Below the pieces are notes generated by a model, which saw only the letters and a program-made list of their open reading frames with translations, did no database searches and was not told the DNA's origin. DNA of 63,466 bases, counting the filler, from Octopus bimaculoides (lineage: Eukaryota): the NCBI RefSeq assembly GCF_001194135.2. It is 5 parts of 5 records of this genome, joined end to end, with 100 filler letters (N's around TTAATTAATTAA, not from the genome) between each part and the next. Parts side by side here need not be neighbours in the genome. Positions count along the whole stretch, not along the records: positions 48,791 to 56,975 come from NC_068993.1; positions 57,076 to 63,466 come from NC_068992.1; 3 more parts are not named here. One strand, written 5' to 3'. Shown one piece after another: positions 52,648-63,466 of the stretch. Made by a program: the position numbers and the translations under genes. Position 1 is the stretch's first letter, and every line of letters starts with the position of its first letter.

Positions 52648-52804
52648 GAATATTTTTCGACTCTTGTGTATAGCAACGCTGGTGCCTCGTGTACCCTCAA
52701 TTATGATTATTAATTAATTATAATTTTTATGGATTTGTCTTTTCATTTGTTGGCCACTTATATTATTATCATTGTTATTTATTTATTTATTTATCTATTT
52801 ATTA

Positions 52805-52890
<86 letters not shown>

Positions 52891-53250
52891 ATCTATATTT
52901 ATTTATTTATGTAAAATTATACACTGGCATTGTTTTGAATTTGACGCTAGTCTTTCAACGATCAACAGGCATGATGAAGCGAGTAAAAAATTTAACCCTA
53001 GGTAAACAGCGAGCGTTGCTGATGGGAAATAAGAGAATCATCTCAAAGCTTGAAATCATATGATACAGGATTATCTACGACCACATTTGTGACAATCAAC
53101 CGCGACGGTAATTTAATTTCTTTGCTCGTCCCACGATTTCCGTCGGCTTGTTGCGCTTTCATTGAAATTGGGGCTTATTAGAGTATTTTTCGACTCTTAT
53201 TTATAGCAACGCTGGTGCTTCGTGTACCCTTAATTATGATTATTAATTAA
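52648..53250 (+). repeat. About 75-bp direct repeat downstream of the Penelope remnant (possible pLTR pieces)
   Basis: tatttttcgactctt..tatagcaacgctggtgc.tcgtgtaccct.aattatgattattaattaat at 52648-52722 and 53181-53250. Confidence 0.6.
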
Positions 53251-54008
53251 TCATAAAATGTGTGTGTGTGTGTGTATTTATGCATGTATGTGTGTATGTG
53301 TAACTTTGTGTCTGTGTTTGGCTCCCGCCAGCGTTGTGTTTATGTACTCGTACTCGTAACCTAGCGGTTCGGCAAAAGTTTCCGATTGAATAAGTACAAA
53401 TTTCAAAGAAAAAGACGGAAGGAAGTACTGAGGTCGATTCGTTCGCCAGTAAATTCTTTAAGGCGGTGGCCCAGTACCGCATGTAAATGATAAGATACAT
53501 AAATAAATAAATAAAATGTTCATGGGGAATAACTCATGATCAAGAATCAACTTCTTATTTCCCTTGCAGATGGGAAAATACAGTTTGGAAGTGTACACAC
53601 ATTTATACACACACACGCATAGGCATATACAATCACACATATATACCTACGTTTGCCCACACATATATATACACACACACACTTACACACACCACACACA
53701 TACATATACACACACATACACACATTTTTATGAGCTGGAATATCTATAATGGAAATTCTACCGTCTGTGAGTATAGTGTTTAATCTGATGCATTTTATGG
53801 ACAGTTTAATGAGTAATTTGACGATTTGACTGTTATTTCTAGCATGTTGATCGACACATAGAGGTCTTGTCGTCAACTATATTGTTCCACCCGTTTCCGG
53901 CAACTCCTTCATCAGAAGTCATCTCCCTTCTCAACTCTTGTTTACTGAACGTTTAACAATATTGCAGTTAAAATCTAGTTACCTCCCTTCGATCTCTTTA
54001 TGATTATG

Positions 54009-54058
<50 letters not shown>

Positions 54059-54627
54059 ATCTGGTCCTTTAATATGGAAAAGCTTGCAATATCATGCATT
54101 ATACAGTATTAAGTAAAACAGACACTTAAAAAAATAGAAAAAAGGTGATTAATTTTGCATAATGCGTATTAAAAGCAGTTTTGTTGTTGATATTTTTAAA
54201 TGGATCAATAAAGATTAGACATACTCTGCAATAATTTGAACGTGTGTGTGTTAAATAAAATTATGTCCTTTCTTTTTCTAAGTTTAATATTATCCAATAC
54301 ACATTACACTTATACATGGTACAGTACGATATATCTTAAAATTTTTAAATGGATAAATAAATATCAAACACACCCTACTTTAGAAGTATATAAATTTGAA
54401 TCTATTAAATACAATTCAGTTCTTTACTTTAAATAGTTTATTTTATATTTCAAGGTTTTTTTTTACTGCCTCCAGAAAACCATAAAAAAAAAAAACAGAA
54501 ATCTGGGTCACTTTCACTTTCAACTTTGCCAGCACTGTATTTTACATCCATAAACTTTTCTTTAGTTAAGTTTGAGCAGTTTGTTATAAGTTCTTCATTG
54601 TCGCTTCTTTCATTTCATTTATAGCAT

Positions 54628-54946
54628 TGTGAAGGTACGTGGCTTAGTGATTAGGGTACTTGGCTCACGGTCATGAGTTCAATTCCAGGCGGTGCGTTGT
54701 ATCCTTGAGCAAGACGCTTTGTTTCATGTTGCTAGTGTCCACTCAGCTGGCAAAAATGAGTAGTACTTGTACTTCAGTGGGCCAGTCTTGTCTCATTATG
54801 TGTCACGCTGAATCTTCCTGAGAACTATGTTAAGAGTACGCGCGCCTGTGGAGTGCTCGGCTTTTTGCACATTCGTTTTATGAGCAGGCCGTTCTGTTGA
54901 TCGGACCAATCAGAACCCACGTCGTCGTAACCAACGGAGTGCCAGT
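54628..54946 (+). mobile_element. SINE with family-E head and tail type Y
   Basis: Head as 18569; tail as 48300-48488. Confidence 0.75.
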
Positions 54947-55419
54947 CTTTTATTTTTATTTTCATGGCACTGATCTCATTTGTGACAGCTGGCATCCCGT
55001 AGATAAAATACTTCTTTTATATTCTGAGATTAAATATAGACTACACTGTTTTATGTGCATTAGTCCAAATAACATTTAAACGGAAGTTGTTGTCATCGTT
55101 GGCGACAGAGGTTAATTATCATAAAAATGAACATTTCTTCCATAGATTACAAGGCCTGAAATTTTGGAGGAGGGGATTAGTCGATTACATCGACCCCAGT
55201 GTTTCACTGGTAGTTAATTTATTGATACTGAAAGGATAAAAGGCAAAGTCGACCTCAGCAGAATTTGAACTCAGAACGTAAAGACGGATGAAATGCCGCT
55301 AAACATTTTGCCAGCGTGCTAACGATTCTGCCAGCTCGCCGCTTTAATAATAATAATTATTATTATTATTATCATTATTATTATTATTAATTATTATTAA
55401 TTATTATTATTATTATAGC

Positions 55420-55488
<69 letters not shown>

Positions 55489-56169
55489 TACTATAGCTTT
55501 TTAAAACTTTGGGATGTTGTTTATAAATTTCTATATCTTAGCTATANNNNNNNNNNNNNNNNNNNNNNNNNNNNNNNNNNNNNNNNNNNNNNNNNNNNNN
55601 NNNNNNNNNNNNNNNNNNNNNNNNNNNNNNNNNNNNNNNNNNNNNNNNNNNNNNNNNNNNNNNNNNNNNNNNNNNNNNNNNNNNNNNNNNNNNNNNNNNN
55701 NNNNNNNNNNNNNNNNNNNNNNNNNNNNNNNNNNNNNNNNNNNNNNNNNNNNNNNNNNNNNNNNNNNNNNNNNNNNNNNNNNNNNNNNNNNNNNNNNNNN
55801 NNNNNNNNNNNNNNNNNNNNNNNNNNNNNNNNNNNNNNNNNNNNNNNNNNNNNNNNNNNNNNNNNNNNGTATTTAACGCCGCAGCATCAGCAGTAGCTGA
55901 ACCACCTGTCTCCTAATGAGAATCACAATCATGATCCCCAACACAGAGAAATGCGAAGGGAACAGGCCTAGCTCTGTAGTCTTGGCTGACAATCTTACTA
56001 GAGATGGAGTCTCGATAAAAATACTGGTTAGTGGCTAATCTTAAAACATACTTCAATATCGAGTGGAAATGTCTAATACGAATGTATCAAATAATGGTGT
56101 TAATGAGGCTGGAACCAAAGGTGAAAGCTTTTCGCCCAGCAGGTGCCCTGTGGAAATCAATGCATACAA

Positions 56170-56674
56170 AGAGCAAAGACGTGACATGAACAAACCCCAG
56201 AAGGAGTCACCGAAAATGAGAACTGCAAAATCCTGTGGGTTGTAATGATTCAGTGCGACCACCTGACCAGGCATAGGAAACCAAACATTGTTGTGGTAAA
56301 CGAAAAAGAAAGAACATGTATCGACATTGCATACCCCGGTGACAACAGGATCAATGTGAAAGAGGCAGAAAAAATAAACAACTATGATGATTTAAAGTGG
56401 GAAATACGAAGGTTGTGGTCAATGTAGACAGTAGACGTGATAACAACAATAATCGGTGCACTTGGAAGTATCAGCACTCAACTACCAACAAGGCTGAAAA
56501 AGATCGGTTCAAGTGTAAAGGTAGAACACCTACAAAAATCAGCAGTGCTTGGAACTGCAAGAATTCTTCGCAAGGTTCTTGAAGCAGTACCAGTAAACAA
56601 ATGTCATCTTAGTCTGCTGGCTGTAGACAAATGACACTTTCCGTCATACCCAGCAAAATAAGCTGTGAGATTTC

Positions 56675-56677
<3 letters not shown>
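56170..56677 (+). mobile_element. R4/Dong LINE 3' end (REL endonuclease) ending in (TAA)n
   Basis: IQCDHLTRHRKPNIVVVN..IDIAYPGD..KEAEKINNYDDLKWEIRRLW; IIGALGSI..LQKSAVLGTARILRKVLE. Confidence 0.9.
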
Positions 56678-56728
<51 letters not shown>

Positions 56729-56754
56729 TAATAATAATAATAATAATAACGACA

Positions 56755-56975
56755 ATAAAAACGACAAAGAGCTAGAAACACTACTACAGACAGTACACGG
56801 CTTTACCAAGGAAATAGAAATGAAATTCGGATTAGAAAAATGTGCCAAAGCAACCCTGAAAAGAGGAAAATTAGTTAAAAGTAGCAATATAACACTAGAT
56901 AAAGCCAATGAAATAAGAGAACTAGACGAAAGCCAACCATATAAGTATTTAGGAGTCAATGAACTAGATAGGATA
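56755..56975 (+). mobile_element. R4/Dong LINE RT fragment, cut by the scaffold join
   Basis: DKELETLLQTVHGFTKEIEMKFGLEKCAKATLKRGKL...YKYLGVNE. Confidence 0.85.
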
Positions 56976-57305
56976 NNNNNNNNNNNNNNNNNNNNNNNNN
57001 NNNNNNNNNNNNNNNNNNNTTAATTAATTAANNNNNNNNNNNNNNNNNNNNNNNNNNNNNNNNNNNNNNNNNNNNATGAATGTTTTGAAAACATTCTGAA
57101 CTATCTTTCAGAATGGTTTACTTTTCAATGAAATATCATTTTGTTATTTTTCATGTTTTTATTCAATTTATCTGCAATTTTCTTCTTGCATTAGATGGAT
57201 AACCTACCCTCCATTTACAGGAAGTAGCGAGTGTCTCGTTTTTTTTACCTGTGTGCTAAATTCGACTACTTATGACTAACGCGGGCGCATGCGCAAATTT
57301 GTGAC

Positions 57306-57410
57306 ATGCATACTCCCAGAACTCGGATCCACACTTCTCCAGTAGTGCCAAATTTTGAAACTGAGTTTGCACCACCTAAGCAAATTTTGTTCCCAGGCCA
57401 CTGGTGGGAG
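57306..57410 (+). CDS. Candidate first coding exon, product unknown
   Basis: ATG 57306, 35 codons MHTPRTRIHTSPVVPNFETEFAPPKQILFPGHWWE, consensus donor gag|gtaagt; GCGCATGCGC palindrome at 57285-57294. Confidence 0.3.
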
Positions 57411-57454
57411 GTAAGTCTTAGTTTGATTTTTTGCAACCCTAAAGATTCCACTCA

Positions 57455-57590
57455 CACATTCACAGCAAACAAGGCACAGGGCCAGACTTTAGATCATGTA
57501 GGTGTATCTTTACCCTCTCCGATGTTTACACACGACCAGTTATACATCACTATGAATAGAGCAACAGACTCCAGTAATTTGAAGACTTCC
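57455..57590 (+). mobile_element. Helitron-type (Pif1 family) helicase C-terminal fragment
   Basis: FTANKAQGQTLDHVGVSLPSPMFTHDQLYITMNRATDSSNLK matches the motif V-VI pattern T.NKSQGQTL..VG..L..PVF.HGQLYVA.SR. Confidence 0.75.
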
Positions 57591-57729
57591 TACCCCCACT
57601 TAGGGTTTATCCCCTATGTAAGGTAGAGATCATATGGTGCAAAATACGATAGTGTAGTAGATGCTGGCTGAAATGAATGCTACTGATTGTTATGAATTCA
57701 GCAAAATGCGAGCTTTCTTTTCAGGTACA

Positions 57730-59547
57730 TGACACTGCTGTTCCCCGCCCCAGGGTCTCACGGGCCCATACCTCCCACACCCTCTGAGTTGGCACTCTTA
57801 ACGTCGGCACACTGAAAGGTAGGTCTGGTGAGATTGTTGAGATGCTTGAATGGAGATGTGTCGATATCTGCTGCCTTCAAGAAGTAAGGTGGGGAGGAGG
57901 TGCCACTAGGTTTCTCACAGGCAAAGAACACAAGTACAAGATTTTCTGGGCAGAAAACACAGATGGGGTCAGGGCATGGGTATACTTCTTGCAGAGAAAT
58001 GGGTGGATAAGGTAATCGAGGTAGTTAGAGTATGCGATAGAATACTTAAGATTAGATTAGTCCTTCATCATGGGTAAACAACCATTATCTCGGCTATGCT
58101 CCTCAGCCCGGGCTACCCGGCAGACAGAAAGACCAATTTTATGACACCCTCCTGCAGACTACCTCATCGATGAATGACAGGGACCTTCTTTTTGTGGCTG
58201 GTGACTTCAATGGTCATGTTGGACAACATTCAGGGGACTTCTATGGCGTACATGGAGGCTATGGTTTTGGTTCACGCAATGAGGTGGGAACCAAGCTGCT
58301 GGAGTTCTGTGATGCAAATGACCTTATGGTCTGCAATACTAACTACAGGAAACCTGTCAGTCACCTAGTCAACTACCGTTCTGGCAGGCACACTAGCCAA
58401 ATTGACTACATCCTTGCCAGGAAAAGGGAAAGATGGCTGCTTATAAATGCCAAAACCTTCCCAGGTGAAGAATGTACCCAACAACATAGACTAGTAGTTA
58501 GTGACTTCAGGATCAGGGCTAAGTGGTTGCCAGAAGACGACCAGCTTAGAGGAGAAAGGTCTGGAAGCATAAAGATCCTGTGAATGGACAGAGATTTAGA
58601 GACTTATTACTCAAAGCTTTTGACGAAATAGAGGGGGATGTAGCTTCACACAATGTAGAAGACAACTGGTGTTTGTTTCTATGGGACAACCTGCTCAGGG
58701 CCACTGACCAGATCTGTGGATGGTGCAAAGTCCCCTCTCGACCCAAAATAACATGGTGGTGGAACAATATTGTTGACAGGGCTATTAGACAAAAGAAATA
58801 GGCTTGGAAGGACTGGAAGAATGGTGGTAGCAGGGAATTGTATCAGACTGCCAGAAGGGAAGCTAGGCGACAGGTTTATTTAGCCAGAGGGGAAGCTCAA
58901 TAAAGAGAATGAATGGGAGAAAGAGAGTCTGCCGAATGTCGACCCAACAGAGGGACCAGCTAGCCGAGTTGACAGTACCATGGTAGATAAAGCAATTAAA
59001 AGTATGAAGACAGGGAAGGACCCCGGCCCATCAGGAATCACTGCAGAGATGCTCAAAATATCTGGCAGTGTCGGCTATAGCCTCGTCACCCGTATTATTA
59101 ACCAGGTGATACATGAAGGAGTCATACCCAATGACTGGTGTAGCAGCACCATAGTCAACTGCTACAAAGGTAAAGGTGATGCTTTAGATACAAATAATTA
59201 CAGAGGTATCAAGTTGTTAAATCAGATAATGAAAGTCAAGGAGAGGGTCATATCCCAACTAATTAGGGAGTGAGTCAGTTTCGATGAGATGCAGTTTGGG
59301 TTTGTGCCTGGAAAAAGCACCACTGATGCTATATTTCTGGTAAGACAGCTTCAGGAGAAATACCTAGCCAAAGATAAACCTCTGTACCTTGCTTTCGTCG
59401 ACATGGAGAAAGCCTTTGACAGGGTACCCCGATCCCTTATCTGGTGGTCAATGAGGAAACTTGGGATAGAAGAATGGTTAGTGAGAGCTGTGCAAGTGAT
59501 GTACAGGGACGCTGTCAGTAAGGTGAGGGTTCGAAATGAGTACAGTG
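57730..59547 (+). mobile_element. RTE LINE 5' part (AP endonuclease + RT start), internally deleted
   Basis: LNVGTLKGRSGEIVEML..CCLQEVRW; VAGDFNGHVG; SQIDYILARK; QHRLVVSDF; NYRGIKLL; QFGFVPGKSTTDAIF; AFVDMEKAFDRVPR. Confidence 0.92.
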
Positions 59548-60157
59548 CAGGTGTTAATCTGAAAAATTACAGATATGTGAAAAGTACAGACCCTGCCATC
59601 TATTAAAACTTTTGTTGTTCTGTTTAATATATACATAGATTATGCCTCCGAAGAAGAGAGTTTACTGGGGAAAGAAAGCAACCGGTTTAAAATGACAGCA
59701 ACAGACTGCAGCAATTCACCACATTCCAGAAGCTACTTNNNNNNNNNNNNNNNNNNNNNNNNNNNNNNNNNNNNNNNNNNNNNNNNNNNNNNNNNNNNNN
59801 NNNNNNNNNNNNNNNNNNNNNNNNNNNNNNNNNNNNNNNNNNNNNNNNNNNNNNNNNNNNNNNNNNNNNNNNNNNNNNNNNNNNNNNNNNNNNAATCAGT
59901 GCAGCGCAAAAAGTTGTTTTGCAAAAGCATTTGTATAGCCAATTAGACGGATGAAATTTACGTATGCTTAATAATTTTACGCAAAACAGCCTTCAGACTT
60001 TCCCTATTAATTTCATCGTCTTTTGAATTATGAACATAATTACATCATAAGGGTTTTTTTGTTGTAAGGCTTTCTGTTTTAGTTGATTTTCACCTAGCAA
60101 GACTTATCGTAGATGGCGTAGTAAGTCACACCCAGACAAGGTCAGGTTATACTGCTA

Positions 60158-60191
<34 letters not shown>

Positions 60192-60751
60192 TGTGTGTGT
60201 TTGTGTCTGTGTCTGTGTCTGTCCCACCACCACCACCATTGCTTAACAACCAATGTTGGTGTGTTTGCATTCCCGTAACTTAGCTGTTCTGCAGAAGAGA
60301 CTAATAGAATGAACACCAGGTTTATAGGGAATAAATCCAGGGGTTGATTTCTTCGACAAAAGGGCAGTGCTCCAGCATGGACACTGTCAAATGACTGAAA
60401 CAAGTAAAAGAATAAAAGAATACCAGAAAAATGTTCCGTACCACAAAACCAAGAAGGTTCTTTGAATATGTATGATATATTTTAAGGTTAAATAGTAATT
60501 CTGTTTACGTTTGCCTAACTGAGATATTTTGGTTGGGTTATATAGGTATTGATTTTACACTTCTTTCTATATTCTGTAACTGTCACAATATAAAAAATTA
60601 CTCATGGCATCAGCACACAATTTACAGATGCTTACTTTTTTTATGTTTCTGTGAATTTTTCACAGGTCCAGCTAGTGAATTATAATTACAATAAGGAAAG
60701 ATCTAATTTTAATGAAAGTAATACTAACAAAAAAGTATGCATAGTCTTTCA

Positions 60752-62828
60752 AATGTCGACCCAACAGAGGGATCAGCTATCCTAATTGACAGTACCTTGG
60801 TAGATAAAGCAATTAAGAGTATGAAGACAGGGAAAGCCCCCGGCTCATCAGGAATCACTGCAGAGATGCTCAAAATATCTGGCAGTGTCAGCTATAGCCT
60901 AGTCACATGTATAGTTAACCAGGTGATACATGAAGGAGTCATACTCAATGACTGGTGTAGCAGCACCATAGTCAACTGCTACAAAGGTAAAGGTGACACT
61001 TTATACACAAACAATTACAGAGGCATCAAGGTGTTGGACCAGGTAATGAAGGTCACAGAGAGGGTCGTAGTCTAACTAATTAGGGAGAGAGTCAGCTTAG
61101 ATGAGATGCAGTTTTGGATTCGTGCCAAGGAAAAGCACCACTGATGTTATATTTCTGGAAAGACAGCTGCAGGAGAAATACCTAACCAAAGATAAACCTC
61201 TGTACCTTGCTTTCATTGACATGGAGAAAGCCTTTGACAGGGTCCCCCGATCACTTATCTGGTGGTCAATGAGGAAACTAGGGATAGATGAATGGTTAGT
61301 GAGAGCTGTGCGAGTGATGTACAGGAATGCTGTCAGTAAGGTGAGGGTTGGCAAAGAGTACAGTGTAGAATTCCAGGTAGAGGTAGGGGTCCACCAAGGT
61401 TCAGTCCTCAGCCCCCTCCTATTTATCATAGTCCTCCAGGCAATAGCACAGGAATTCAAGACATGTTGTCCCTGGGAGCTCCTCTATGCTGATGACCTTG
61501 CACTAATTGTTGAGTCACTATCAGAACTAGAGGAGAAGTTTCAGGTGTGGAAGCAAGGACTAGAATCAAAGGGCCTTAGAGTCAACCTAGCTAAAACCAA
61601 AGTCCTAATAAGTAGAAAGATAGACAAAACACAAACCCCTTCAGGTAGACGGCCGTGCACGATNNNNNNNNNNNNNNNNNNNNNNNNNNNNNNNNNNNNN
61701 NNNNNNNNNNNNNNNNNNNNNNNNNNNNNNNNNNNNNNNNNNNNNNNNNNNNNNNNNNNNNNNNNNNNNNNNNNNNNNNNNNNNNNNNNNNNNNNNNNNN
61801 NNNNNNNNNNNNNNNNNNNNNNNNNNNNNNNNNNNNNNNNNNNNNNNNNNNNNNNNNNNCTGAAAGTGTAGCTGCTAGAATAAGAATAGCCTAGGAAAAG
61901 TTCAGAGAGTTCTTACTTCTGCTGGTGATAAAGGGCCTCTCGCTCAGAGTAAAAGGCAGACTGTATGACACACGTGTATGAACAGCCAAGCCATGCTACA
62001 TGGCAGAGAAACATGGGCTGTGACTGCTGAGGACATGTGTAAGCTCACAAGGAACGAAGCCAGTATGCTCTGATGGATGTGTAATGTCAGTGTGCATACT
62101 TGACAGAGTGTAAGTACCTTGAGAGAAAAGTTGAACCTAAGAAGCATCAGTTGAGGTGTGCAACAGAGACGATTGCACTGGTATGGTAATGTGGTGAGAA
62201 TGGATGAGGATGGCTGTGTGAAAAAGTGCCACACCCAAGCAGTTGAGGGAACCTGCGGAAGAAGTAGACCCAGGAAGACCTGGGATGAGGTGCTGAAGCA
62301 TGACCTTCGAACATTAGGCCTCACTAAGGCAATGACTAGTGACCGAGACCTTTGGAAACATGCTGTGTGTGAGAAGACCCGGCAAGACAAGTGAGACCAT
62401 AACTCATGGCCTTTACCAGGGGTGTACCCAACCCACTTATGCGTACCTTCCTTCATTGGACACTAAACTCTGCTTGCGAAGAACTGTTGGGGCAAGTGAA
62501 ATCGAAATTGAACCAAATTCGATGACTGATACCCATGCCTGTGGAGCACTAACAGCTTCATCCGACCAGGTGGCACATAAAAAATACCATTTCAGCGTGG
62601 CCATCACCAGTACTGCCAGACTGGCCCTTGTGCCAGTGGCACGTAAAAGCACCCACTACACTCTCAGAGTGGTTGGCATTAGGAAGGGCATCCAGCTGTA
62701 GAAACTCTGCCAGATCAGATTGGAGCCTGGTGCAGCCATCTGGTTCGCCAGTCCTCAGTCAAATCGTCCAACCCATGCTAGCATGGAAAGCGGACGTTAA
62801 ACGATGATGATGTTGATGATGATGATGA
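60752..62828 (+). mobile_element. RTE LINE 3' part (RT through 3' UTR and (GAT)n tail)
   Basis: VHQGSVLSPLLF, WELLYADDL, GLRVNLAKTK, RRLHWYGNV, GRSRPRKTW; gap 61664-61859. Duplicates the element region seen at 58940-59547, so it is a separate copy. Confidence 0.92.
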
Positions 62829-63466
62829 CTTTAAACATTCTTTTTTATATCAATAAATTTAAATAAATAGAAGAGTTATTATATATTAAATATATAATTA
62901 TCATTTATATTTTTTTTTAACGTTTTATTACAGTTTCTAGATTAAGTAAGACCCTGATACTTAATTATATATATACATTTATATTATTGTTGTATGTAAT
63001 AATAGCGAAAGATTGTCTTTGACGTAAACGAGTTTGGTTTGATATTATTTGTGATATATAGAAATATATTTTGATAGTTGTAGATTCTACTTACTTAGTT
63101 ATTTTGTCTGTTATAATTTTGTTGTTTTTAATTGTAATTGATATACAGTTGAATGGCTAATGCTCACGCTCATAACACATAGGCATTTGAATTAATTTGT
63201 TTTTACGATCCAGCCATCCTTTCACGTGGAATTTCGTCTATTTTCAAACCACTGGCTCTGATGAAGCTTATATAAGGAAATTGAATTGTCTATATATCAA
63301 AAAATGTATATGTCAGAACAAATTGTTGGCTTTTTGAGTTTTTTTTAGATAATTGTTTATGTTATCTTATATTATATTCAGAGTATATTATATTATAATA
63401 TAAATAAATTATTGGATTGTCAATTGTATCCACTTAATTTATTGTTCATATATATATATATATATA

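Overview
AT-rich, microsatellite-dense eukaryotic DNA. The repeat families resemble octopus (cephalopod) SINE and LINE sequences, so that host is an inference. No complete protein-coding gene, rRNA, true tRNA gene or CRISPR array is supportable. Most of the window is decayed transposable elements: non-LTR LINE pieces of four clades (RTE, HERO, CR1, R4/Dong), a Penelope-like GIY-YIG remnant, two Tc1/mariner remnants, a Helitron helicase fragment, hAT- and piggyBac-type MITEs, and at least five tRNA-derived SINE families with shuffled head and tail modules. Four 100-bp N-TTAATTAATTAA-N blocks are artificial scaffold joins, so synteny across them is unproven. Main findings: (1) a complete hammerhead-ribozyme nucleotide set at 35316-35387 whose three strands lie in an order matching none of types I/II/III; (2) a tRNA-headed SINE-like element carrying a minimal Penelope-type hammerhead, built as an inverted repeat with a shared target-site duplication (33.7-34.2 kb, second copy 38.3-38.6 kb); (3) an RTE-like 3' end encoding three intact C2H2 zinc fingers (44.6-45.1 kb); (4) three different SINE copies stacked at one regenerated 14-bp site (8.7-9.45 kb); (5) a CpG-poor to CpG-rich transition near 28 kb. 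All protein and RNA family calls come from motif recognition by eye, not database searches.
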